A stretch of DNA of 32,000 nucleotides from Caldivirga maquilingensis IC-167 (GTDB taxonomy: Archaea > Thermoproteota > Thermoprotei > Thermoproteales > Thermocladiaceae), in contig NC_009954.1 in NCBI RefSeq assembly GCF_000018305.1, positions 1,050,001 to 1,082,000 of the forward strand. The letters run 5' to 3'. The first letter of the stretch is position 1; every line of letters begins with the position of its first letter. The translations under genes were made by a program, and so were the position numbers. Shown here piece by piece: positions 9,694 to 17,640 of this stretch. The notes below the pieces were generated by a model. It worked only from the letters and a program-made list of their open reading frames with translations. It was not told the origin of the DNA and did not search any database.

Positions 9694-10160
9694 GGGGGGG
9701 GGGGTAGGTTAAATTTAAAGCCCGCCCTAGTTAAGGCATCACCAAGCACCTTTATTGCCTTCCCCTCCTCACTGGGTTCATTATCCACAATGGTTAAGGC
9801 ATAGTCACTTAACTTAACGTTTAATATGAATCCCTTATCTGATCGTATTATAGTGTACACGTGATTATGATTATTCATGGTTAAATTACTCATCTCCTTA
9901 ACATACGTAATACTCAATGCCGCCAAGGTCGCGGTTAACGCAGCCCATCGATCCGGGTCACCTGCACCATTGTAGCTAACTAGGAATCCATCAAGACTAG
10001 CCACGTATATGCCTAGTAAGCCCTTAAGCTGACTCTTAATGTAATTAATGGCTGCTGGTAAATCCTCGGCGCTCTGACTGGTAACACTCATTGGCAAGCC
10101 TCTTAGTTGCCGATTTTTAAGCATTTCAGATTGTATTTTGGTGCTTAAGCCTTGATTCAA
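9690..10160 (-). CDS. Roadblock/LC7 (MglB-like) domain protein
   Basis: LLGIYVASLDGFLVSY ... WAALTATLAALS resembles the Roadblock/LC7 core. The listed start is TTG. An ATG at 10124 (MLKNRQ...) is an alternative. The C-terminal PPPP is encoded by a C11 run. Confidence 0.55.
   Translation of the reverse strand: MNQGLSTKIQSEMLKNRQLRGLPMSVTSQSAEDLPAAINYIKSQLKGLLGIYVASLDGFLVSYNGAGDPDRWAALTATLAALSITYVKEMSNLTMNNHNHVYTIIRSDKGFILNVKLSDYALTIVDNEPSEEGKAIKVLGDALTRAGFKFNLPPPP
9694..9704. repeat. G11 (C11 on minus strand) homopolymer tract
   Basis: Eleven consecutive G, counted directly. The tract lies immediately after the UPF0179 stop and encodes the last four prolines of the Roadblock-like ORF. Confidence 0.95.
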
Positions 10161-10213
10161 TTAAATGGATTATTTAAAAGGGATTAATTAAGTAGAGTAA
10201 TCGGTGTTCTATA

Positions 10214-11362
10214 ATGGGGTATGATGAGGCAATTAGGAGGGCTGTGGAGGCTAATGTGCCTAGAACCATGAGTATTCTCGATAAGTACCCATACGTAACC
10301 GAGTTGGCTAAGGAGCTTAGGAAGGCTAAGGAGGAGGTTATCAGAAACCTGGAGTACTACGTGGATAAGGCTATGAAATCCATTCAAGCCATAGGGGCTA
10401 AGGCGTACTTCGCAAGGGATGGCGATGAAGCCAGGAGAATAATAGGTAATATTGTGGGTAAGGGTAATGTTATAGTCTTAGGTAAGACAATGGTTGGCAG
10501 TGAGATTGGGCTTAGGGAATACTTAATCAGCATTGGTAATGAGGTTTGGGAAACCGACTTAGGTGAATTCCTAATACAGTTAACCGGGGATAAGCCAACC
10601 CACATAGTTGCCCCAGCCCTACACATGACCAGGGAGAGGGCTGCCAGGGTTATTAAAGAGAAGTTAGGCATAGATGTTAAGGCCGATCCATCTGAAATAG
10701 CCCAGACAGCTAGAAGATTCCTGAGGGATAAGTTCTTTAAGGCTAACTTTGGGATAACCGGAGCAAACGCAGTGGCCGCCGACACTGGGGCTGTGCTGCT
10801 TATTGAGAATGAGGGTAACATAAGGTTCACCACAGTGTCACCGCCGGTTCACATAGTCTTAACAGGTATTGATAAGATAGTCCCAACACTGCATCACGCA
10901 TTCATGGAGGTTATGGTTCAAAGCGCCTACGCTGGACTCTACCCCCCAACTTACGTTAACCTAGTGGCTGGACCATCAACAACAGCTGATGTTGAGCAGA
11001 CTAGGGTTTCCCCCTCACACGGGCCCAGGGAGGTTCACGTAATCCTCCTCGATAATGGTAGGTTAAGGGCCTCTAAGGATGATTTACTTTGGGAAGCACT
11101 ACTGTGCATTAGATGCGGTAGATGCCACTTCCATTGCCCAGTCTACAGGGCTTTAGATGGTTCATGGGGTGAGTCACCCTACGTGGGGCCAATGGGGGTT
11201 ATGTGGACTGCTGTGGTTTATGGAATTGAGAAGGCTGGTCCACACGCAATGTTATGCATGCATGCTGGTACATGCCGTGAAGCATGCCCAATGAAGATCA
11301 ACATCCCTGAAGTAATACAGGGTATTAAGGCAAGGTACACTAAACTAGTGGCTAAGCGGTAA
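10214..11362 (+). CDS. LutB-like LUD-domain iron-sulfur protein
   Basis: ETDLGEFLIQL, PTHIVAPALH, FGITGANAVAADTGAVLLIENEGN, HVILLDNGR and the cluster motifs CIRCGRCHFHCPVY and CMHAGTCREACP match the lactate-utilisation protein B family almost motif for motif. Confidence 0.8.
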   Translation: MGYDEAIRRAVEANVPRTMSILDKYPYVTELAKELRKAKEEVIRNLEYYVDKAMKSIQAIGAKAYFARDGDEARRIIGNIVGKGNVIVLGKTMVGSEIGLREYLISIGNEVWETDLGEFLIQLTGDKPTHIVAPALHMTRERAARVIKEKLGIDVKADPSEIAQTARRFLRDKFFKANFGITGANAVAADTGAVLLIENEGNIRFTTVSPPVHIVLTGIDKIVPTLHHAFMEVMVQSAYAGLYPPTYVNLVAGPSTTADVEQTRVSPSHGPREVHVILLDNGRLRASKDDLLWEALLCIRCGRCHFHCPVYRALDGSWGESPYVGPMGVMWTAVVYGIEKAGPHAMLCMHAGTCREACPMKINIPEVIQGIKARYTKLVAKR

Positions 11363-11374
11363 GGGGAACTGGTC

Positions 11375-13120
11375 ATGAGGATTAGTAATAAGCTTGAAAT
11401 CTCAAGTAACATAACATCAATAATAATGAATAACACGGGTATAGGGTTAAGATTATTCCACGGGGAGTACGTTGAGGGTGAGTTAAGAGGTAGTGGTGCT
11501 GCATTACTTAGGAGTTATTGGGATTATGGGGGAATTAGGAGGTATTGGGGTAATGGTGCCTTCGAATTCACCTCAATATACGGTGACTTAGCAGTCTACG
11601 TGATAAGAGGCTATAGGGGTGTTATTCAAGGGGAGTTTAAGGTAAGGGGCTTCAGTGGGGTTGATGAATTAGGGGATGGTTCAATTAACGTTAAGCATGA
11701 GGGTGGTTTAATGAGAATTAAGGCTACTCAACCAATTAACCTAAGGGTAATGAATAATGGATTCTCATTAACAATTAACGTTAATGATGAATTAAAGGTG
11801 GCTGCAGCTGGAGGTGGACAGGTGAATGATGTGGATAAGGTGCTTAACGATGAATCAATCATTGAGTCTAAGAGGAGACTATGGTTAAGCACCCTAATGA
11901 GCAATATCAATGGGAGTGATTTAATTAAACTATGCTGGTACGTGATATTAACTAATAGGTGCAGTGTACCTAATCACCCGGCTTTAAGGAAGCCGTTCAA
12001 CATGCCCAGTAAGTACGTTTTCAGGCATCAATGGCTCTGGGACTCCTCATTCCACTCAATAGTCCTAAGGCATTACGACGTTAACATGGCTATGGAGGAG
12101 TTGGAGAACCTAATCCTGAATCAGAAGCCTGACGGTAGGATTCCGCACGAAATATTCATGTCGAAGGAGAGCTGTAAATCCTTCTGGGGTATTGATGACT
12201 ACTCACCGTGGACAACCCAACCACCTGTATTAGCGGTGGCCATTGATAAGGTTCTATCAGTGAGGTGGAATGATGAATTCGCCGAGAAGGCCTTTAATGC
12301 ATTAACCAAGTATGATGAATGGTTTAGGAGTCAAAGGGACAGGGATTCAGATCACTTATACGCCTACTTCGATCCACTGGAGAGTGGGTGGGATAATAGT
12401 CCCAGGTGGGATGAGGCCATTAGGAGGTTTAGGGAGAATCCGCAGCGTTACGAGGTGTATGGGAAATTAACCATGACTCCAGTTGAGGCTGTTGACTTAA
12501 ATAGCCTAATTTACCTTCAGAGGAGGGTTATCGCTAAGTTGGCTGAAAGGCTTGGTGAGGTTAATGTTGCCGAACACTATGATGAGATGGCTGATGAGAC
12601 CGCTAAGGCGGTTAGGAGGATTATGTGGAGTGAGAAGGATGGTTTCTTCTATGACGTGTATGAGGAGGGCCATGAATTAATCAAGGTTAAGACACCTGCA
12701 GCCTTCCTAACAATGTTCACTGGAATAGCTACGGGTGAGCAGGCTGAGAGACTGGTGGCGCATTTGCTTAATCCAAGGGAATTCTGGACTACATTCCCGC
12801 TACCAAGCGTGAGCGCTGATGAATCAACCTATGATCCAACAGGCTACTGGAGGGGTAGGTCATGGATTAACCTAGTGTGGTTCACGTACCATGGGTTGAG
12901 GAATTACGGTTACTATGAGGAGGCCTCCAGGTTACTTAATAAAGTCCTTGAAGTAATGGGTAGGTCAATGACCTGTAATGAGAATTACAATAGTAGCACC
13001 GGGGAACCAATGGGTGCCCCTGACTTCGGCTGGACCACACTGATAATAGACATGGTTGCGAGTGAACTGGGTAAGGAGTCCCCTGGGGCTGCGTTTCATT
13101 ATGGTACTTTACTTAGTTAG
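11375..13120 (+). CDS. (alpha/alpha)6-barrel glycoside hydrolase, GH63/trehalase-like (MGH1-like)
   Basis: HQWLWDSSFHSIVL, DGRIPHEIF, PLESGWDNSPRWD and GYWRGRSWINLVWF are characteristic of GH63-like or trehalase-like barrels. The start is 12 nt after the LutB-like stop. Confidence 0.7.
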   Translation: MRISNKLEISSNITSIIMNNTGIGLRLFHGEYVEGELRGSGAALLRSYWDYGGIRRYWGNGAFEFTSIYGDLAVYVIRGYRGVIQGEFKVRGFSGVDELGDGSINVKHEGGLMRIKATQPINLRVMNNGFSLTINVNDELKVAAAGGGQVNDVDKVLNDESIIESKRRLWLSTLMSNINGSDLIKLCWYVILTNRCSVPNHPALRKPFNMPSKYVFRHQWLWDSSFHSIVLRHYDVNMAMEELENLILNQKPDGRIPHEIFMSKESCKSFWGIDDYSPWTTQPPVLAVAIDKVLSVRWNDEFAEKAFNALTKYDEWFRSQRDRDSDHLYAYFDPLESGWDNSPRWDEAIRRFRENPQRYEVYGKLTMTPVEAVDLNSLIYLQRRVIAKLAERLGEVNVAEHYDEMADETAKAVRRIMWSEKDGFFYDVYEEGHELIKVKTPAAFLTMFTGIATGEQAERLVAHLLNPREFWTTFPLPSVSADESTYDPTGYWRGRSWINLVWFTYHGLRNYGYYEEASRLLNKVLEVMGRSMTCNENYNSSTGEPMGAPDFGWTTLIIDMVASELGKESPGAAFHYGTLLS

Positions 13121-13127
13121 ATGATTA

Positions 13128-13132
13128 TTTTT
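13128..13132 (+). terminator. Oligo-T run downstream of the GH63-like gene
   Basis: TTTTT lies 8-12 nt after the TAG stop at 13118-13120. Archaeal intrinsic termination commonly uses oligo-T tracts. Confidence 0.4.
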
Positions 13133-13196
13133 GCATAATTCCACGGCCTAAATAGGACTTAATAGCTAAACACTGAATAACCTTTATTAACACCCT

Positions 13197-13219
13197 CTCC
13201 TCTGAATTCTAAAGAGGAG
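13197..13219 (+). promoter_or_regulatory. Hairpin pairing with a GGAGG-like element upstream of ORF 13229
   Basis: CTCCTCT (13197-13203), a 9-nt loop GAATTCTAA, then AGAGGAG (13213-13219). The right arm is the purine-rich GAGGAGG element about 10 nt before the GTG at 13229. Confidence 0.4.
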
Positions 13220-13228
13220 GCGGGAACT

Positions 13229-13849
13229 GTGGAACCCCAAGCATGTGATAAGGGTGAGTTGGAAGGTATAGTGAATCAACTACTCATTGATGGGTTAGTT
13301 AATGGTATTCAAAACATTAACCCAAATGAAACGAGGGTATTGGCTTCATTTGCTAAGGATGACTTCATAACGTATGTTAAGACACTTCATGGAAGTAGGT
13401 CATTAAATTACTTATGTAGGCTTTACAGGAATGGTGAATTAAAGGGATTTGTTAACGAGTGGATTGAATTATGGGTTGTTAAGTGGAGGCAGAGGGTTAA
13501 GTTAATGTTCCGTGAGAGCCAGGAGGATCAGGGAATGGAGTTTACTGATGATTTAAAGCTAGTGGGTAAGAGGGAGGTTGGTAAGATGGGTAGGTTAATT
13601 AGGAGGGCTCTCATTGAGAATAATGAGATATGTGGTATTGATGCAGTATCCAATTACCTAACCATGCAATTCCTAAGAGAGTTAATAGACCTGTATGGTG
13701 CTTCAAGGGTTAATCAAATGATTAAGGATAATGACCCAACTGTGTTATCCTACGTGGTCTCTAGGGTTAATGATATCGCCAAGACCCAGCAGCCACTGGT
13801 GGTGCTTTTCCTTAAGATTGATGAGAGGAGGCAATTATTCATGTATTAA
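13229..13849 (+). CDS. Hypothetical protein
   Basis: 206-aa ORF with a GTG start preceded by GAGGAGG and host-like codon usage. No recognisable motif. Confidence 0.5.
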   Translation: MEPQACDKGELEGIVNQLLIDGLVNGIQNINPNETRVLASFAKDDFITYVKTLHGSRSLNYLCRLYRNGELKGFVNEWIELWVVKWRQRVKLMFRESQEDQGMEFTDDLKLVGKREVGKMGRLIRRALIENNEICGIDAVSNYLTMQFLRELIDLYGASRVNQMIKDNDPTVLSYVVSRVNDIAKTQQPLVVLFLKIDERRQLFMY

Positions 13850-13996
13850 TTCTCAAGCCTTGAAGACACCTGCCTAATTCTAACCCCATAATGCCTAAGC
13901 CTCTCTGCATTGGTTGGATGCTCCTTAATTATCACTATCCATGGGTTATCCCTAAAACTATTAGTGTACTTATTCACATGACTTCAGGTGATTTAA

Positions 13997-14299
13997 GTGT
14001 ATTTCAATATAATGGTTAAAATAACTAATAGTCTGATAAGCTTCAAGCAGGGATTAGGAATAATGACCCTTGAATTAAAGTTAACACTAGACTGCCCTCG
14101 ATGCGGTAATAAGCTCACCTTGAGGGAGTATAATAAGTATGTTCAATTATACTGCGATAAGTGCAATCTAAGCGTCACAATACGGAAGAGGATCATATTA
14201 ATGAGGCATGTTGACTATGATGACGACGTCCTAGACTGGTCCAGTGCATTAGACTTCCTGTACTCGCTATTAAAGGGTAAGGCCACTGCATCATATTGA
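13997..14299 (+). CDS. Small zinc-ribbon protein (hypothetical)
   Basis: CPRCGNKL ... CDKCN four-Cys pattern. The start is more likely the ATG at 14063 (MTLELKL...), because the upstream 22 codons are AT-rich and atypical. Confidence 0.45.
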   Translation: MYFNIMVKITNSLISFKQGLGIMTLELKLTLDCPRCGNKLTLREYNKYVQLYCDKCNLSVTIRKRIILMRHVDYDDDVLDWSSALDFLYSLLKGKATASY

Positions 14300-14356
14300 T
14301 GTATTCGTTAAAATAGGCATAGGTTTATAAGAGGTACGTAATAATGGGTATTTGCC

Positions 14357-15610
14357 ATGGAGTATAGGTTCATTGCGGCGTCAATAGCCTTAATTATAAC
14401 ATACAGCCTAATAGCGTTAAGGGGTGTGTCAAGGAGGTTTGACGTACCAGCATGGGTAGCCATGCTAATTGGTGCATCAATAATGATAGCCACAGGAGTC
14501 GTAACACCCAGTGAGGCCTTGGGTTCAATTAACCTAAACGTAATAATATTCCTCTTCTCCCTCTTCACAATAGCATCAGCACTTGAGGTAAGCGGCTTCC
14601 TATCCTACGTAGCCTATAGGCTAGTATCATCAAGCAGGAAAATGTATAACCTGATAGGTAAAGTATTCTTATCATCAGCAGTATTAAGCATGGTTATTTC
14701 CAATGATGGATTAGCAGCAAGCTTCACACCGATGATTATTGAGAGTGGTAAGGCGGCTGAAGGCATTGATGTTAAGCCACTTCTATACGCCCTCGCCTAT
14801 GGGGTTACCATAGGCTCAGTGATGATGCCCATTGGTAACCCGCAAAACCTACTCATAGCCATTGAATCAGGGATACCTAAACCATTCGTGAGCTTCATTA
14901 AATACTTAGCAGTGCCAACGTTAATCAACCTGGCGGTAACATACATCTTAATGCTCATCCTCTTTAGGAAGAGGGCTATGGATGACTTAGAGGTTAAGAG
15001 AGTAAACATGAGGCTAAATGACCCAGCCTTATCTAACTTAGCATTAGTAATCCTGGTAATTATTGTTGTAGTACTTGTTGCATCAGACCTAGTTGGCTTA
15101 AACCTAGATGCGGCGTTAATCGCATTAATTGGGGCAACTGTGGTTTACGCCCTAAGTGATAGGAGGGGGGAGGTGTTGAGTAATGTGGATTGGCAGACGC
15201 TGGTGTTCTTCATGGGATTATTCATAGTAAGTGAGGGCGCTTACACTTCAGGTGTTTTAAATTACCTGGCGCATGCATTACCAGCACCAACAACGCTCTG
15301 GGGCATTTTCTTAGCAAGCATACTGTTAAGCCAAGTCATAAGTAATGTACCCATGGTTGCATTATACTTACCCTTAATGACAAGCCTAGGTGTTGGGCCA
15401 GGGATGATTAATGACTGGGTTGGCTTAGCTGCTGCAAGCACAATAGCAGGTAACTTAACGCTAATAGGGGCTGCAAGCAACATAATAATACTGCAGGCAA
15501 GTGAGAAGAGGGGTGGTCCACGCTTCAGTTACGTGGAATTCCTACTCTACGGTATACCAGTAACCCTAGTTAACGCCAGTATTTACTACGCCTACTTGAA
15601 GCTCATCTAG
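14357..15610 (+). CDS. ArsB/NhaD-superfamily anion permease (citrate-transporter-like)
   Basis: 417-aa polytopic membrane protein. Repeated halves contain GNPQNLLIA and GAASNIIIL-type re-entrant motifs typical of this permease superfamily. Confidence 0.65.
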   Translation: MEYRFIAASIALIITYSLIALRGVSRRFDVPAWVAMLIGASIMIATGVVTPSEALGSINLNVIIFLFSLFTIASALEVSGFLSYVAYRLVSSSRKMYNLIGKVFLSSAVLSMVISNDGLAASFTPMIIESGKAAEGIDVKPLLYALAYGVTIGSVMMPIGNPQNLLIAIESGIPKPFVSFIKYLAVPTLINLAVTYILMLILFRKRAMDDLEVKRVNMRLNDPALSNLALVILVIIVVVLVASDLVGLNLDAALIALIGATVVYALSDRRGEVLSNVDWQTLVFFMGLFIVSEGAYTSGVLNYLAHALPAPTTLWGIFLASILLSQVISNVPMVALYLPLMTSLGVGPGMINDWVGLAAASTIAGNLTLIGAASNIIILQASEKRGGPRFSYVEFLLYGIPVTLVNASIYYAYLKLI

Positions 15611-15650
15611 CCGGCCACGTGGGGGTTACTGTCCTCAATATTATTGAATT

Positions 15651-16643
15651 TCACGTACTGTATGAGTAGTTTATTAGGTCCTTAAGCGTAATTAAACCAG
15701 GCTTAGCCTCAGTAACCCTACTAGCTAAATTAACAACCACAGCGGCGGTGGCTGGGTCACCTGGTGTTCCACTGCTCCTCCAGGTTATGGTTGGTTCACC
15801 CTCAAGCCTAACCTCCTCGAAATTCTCACAGGCAACGCATGCCCTTAACTCAACCCTAATGACTTCACGCCCATTAATTAACCCAACCCCATAACCATCA
15901 ACACCGCGGACTTGACCAGGCTCAATCTTAAAGTACTGGGTCTCATAATGCTTATCAGCAATTACAGCCTCCTGGCTCTCCCTAACTTCAGTTAGGTTAA
16001 TGCCAATGATGCCTGCTGTTAAGAGTATGGATTCAGCGAAACCAACGTGTGCCGTTATCTCACCTCTACTTAACGCCTCCTTAAATTGACTAGGAGTCAT
16101 ACCTAGCCCAATCTTCCTCTGGAATGATAGCCTCCTCTCAGCGGCGTTAAGTGACCTAATGATACTTATCTTATCAAGCCTAATCAATGTTGCGGATAAC
16201 ACTGCCGGTAATGCATCAAAGATGAAACCTGGGTTAACCCCGGCACCGAGTACAGTTGAGTCATGGGTCTTAGCGTAACTGTCTATTAGCTCAGCTAAGT
16301 CAGGGTACCTGTACCATGGCCATGATAAAGTCTCACAGGTTGATACCACGTCGGCACCAACCTTAATCGCCTTAACCAACTGTGGGTAAACCTTATCTAA
16401 CCATGTGCCAGTTGAGTGGAGTACAATATCAGGTTTTGAGCTTGATAACACCTTATCAGCATCACCCTCAACCTTAACACCAATGCTCTTACCTAAACCA
16501 AGCACTTCACCAACATCCCTACCAACCTTACCAGGGTCAATGTCTATTACCCCAGCAATCTCCATTCCCCTCTCCAACGCAACCCTAGTTATTAATTGAC
16601 CTATGGGGCCTAAGCCATATACCACAACCCTTAGATTACCCAT
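15651..16643 (-). CDS. NAD(P)-dependent DapB-like amine dehydrogenase / 2,4-diaminopentanoate dehydrogenase-like oxidoreductase
   Basis: N-terminal Rossmann motif RVVVYGLGPIGQLITRVALERGMEIAGVID. The 330-aa length and GVNPGF segment resemble the dihydrodipicolinate-reductase-like amine dehydrogenase family. Confidence 0.6.
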   Translation of the reverse strand: MGNLRVVVYGLGPIGQLITRVALERGMEIAGVIDIDPGKVGRDVGEVLGLGKSIGVKVEGDADKVLSSSKPDIVLHSTGTWLDKVYPQLVKAIKVGADVVSTCETLSWPWYRYPDLAELIDSYAKTHDSTVLGAGVNPGFIFDALPAVLSATLIRLDKISIIRSLNAAERRLSFQRKIGLGMTPSQFKEALSRGEITAHVGFAESILLTAGIIGINLTEVRESQEAVIADKHYETQYFKIEPGQVRGVDGYGVGLINGREVIRVELRACVACENFEEVRLEGEPTITWRSSGTPGDPATAAVVVNLASRVTEAKPGLITLKDLINYSYST

Positions 16644-16720
16644 AATCCTATGGTAACTAGGGGTGTTTAAGTATTGGGTCCTTAATTACATGTAATGTAG
16701 GCGCATATATAGGTACTACT

Positions 16721-16726
16721 TATAAG
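16721..16726 (+). promoter_or_regulatory. TATA-like box for the amidotransferase gene
   Basis: TATAAG lies 28 nt upstream of the ATG at 16749. This fits a leaderless transcript starting at MCRF rather than at 16731. Confidence 0.45.
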
Positions 16727-16748
16727 TTTAATGTTAGTTGACTTAATC

Positions 16749-17585
16749 ATGTGTAGGTTCGCGGCTTTAACCGTAAGTGACCCTGTCTTGGTTAAGGAGA
16801 CTTTGCTCAAGCTTAAGGAGGCAGCTAGGGTGGATCCAATGGGGCCCAGTGGTGTGGTGGATCACAGTGATGGATGGGGTTTAGCGGTAATGCAGGGTAA
16901 CCCTAGGGACGGTGTCCTCACATTATATAAGGCCACTAAACCCATTTACAGTGACTCAAGCTTCAACACTATGCTTGAATTGATTACGCAATCAAAGGGT
17001 GTGGTTTACAGTGGTGTGGTGCATGTGCTTAACGCCGATGATAAGAGCGTGGTTAACACAATAACAGTGCACCCTGTTAATGCACAGGTTAGTGATGGGG
17101 AATTATACCTGGTTCATAATGGTGTTGTGGATAAGTTTAAGGTTTACGAATACTTACGGAGTAAGTACGGTGTTAGGCTTAGGGTTGAGTTAATGAACGA
17201 CACGTACGTACTAGCTCAATTACTAGCTAGAATCTACGATGACACCGGTGACTTAAGTCATGTATTAAGTAGGTTAGCCGGCTTAATTAGGGATGGTAAT
17301 TGGCTTAAATCAGCGTTAAATACCGGGATTCTACTTATTAAGCCAAGCGCCGTTAACGTATACGTAACTTCAATGTACAGTTCAAGTGTTTTAAGCAATG
17401 AGAAGAGGAGGAAGTACTATAACTTATTCATGATTAAGTCAAGTCTAGGTGCAGTAATGGCATCCAGTACACTTATTAAGGCATATGGCCTAGGTAATGG
17501 TACTGTTGATGAGGTTGAGCCTAAGGGTAATGAATTAATACAATGTGAATTAAGCCTAAACTCCATTAACTGCCAGGAGGCTTAA
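16749..17585 (+). CDS. Stand-alone class II (Ntn-type) glutamine amidotransferase-like protein
   Basis: MCRFAAL places Cys directly after the initiator Met, as required for Ntn amidotransferases. DGWGLA and HNG motifs follow. The ORF-track start at 16731 would bury this Cys, so 16749 is preferred. Confidence 0.65.
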   Translation: MCRFAALTVSDPVLVKETLLKLKEAARVDPMGPSGVVDHSDGWGLAVMQGNPRDGVLTLYKATKPIYSDSSFNTMLELITQSKGVVYSGVVHVLNADDKSVVNTITVHPVNAQVSDGELYLVHNGVVDKFKVYEYLRSKYGVRLRVELMNDTYVLAQLLARIYDDTGDLSHVLSRLAGLIRDGNWLKSALNTGILLIKPSAVNVYVTSMYSSSVLSNEKRRKYYNLFMIKSSLGAVMASSTLIKAYGLGNGTVDEVEPKGNELIQCELSLNSINCQEA

Positions 17586-17640
17586 GTAAGGTCCTGTTGA
17601 TTGGAGGAAATGTTTTTAGCCTTGTAATGATTAAGCTCTA

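Noticed and set aside
10384-10833. 149-aa ORF antisense to the LutB-like gene. Similar ORFs are 10184-10387, 1141-1347, 1540-1770 and 2038-2298, which lie antisense to other well-supported genes.
   Set aside because: It lies entirely opposite a motif-rich, confidently identified CDS. Its translation is low-complexity and rich in Ser, Leu, Pro and Ala, typical of the shadow frame of a biased-codon gene. No promoter-like element is present.
13121-13176. Possible C/D-box sRNA (ATGATTA ... CTGA spaced about 50 nt apart) downstream of the GH63-like gene.
   Set aside because: The C box deviates from RUGAUGA, no C'/D' pair is present, and the terminal stem is only 3 nt. Other TGATGA occurrences in the window lie inside coding regions.
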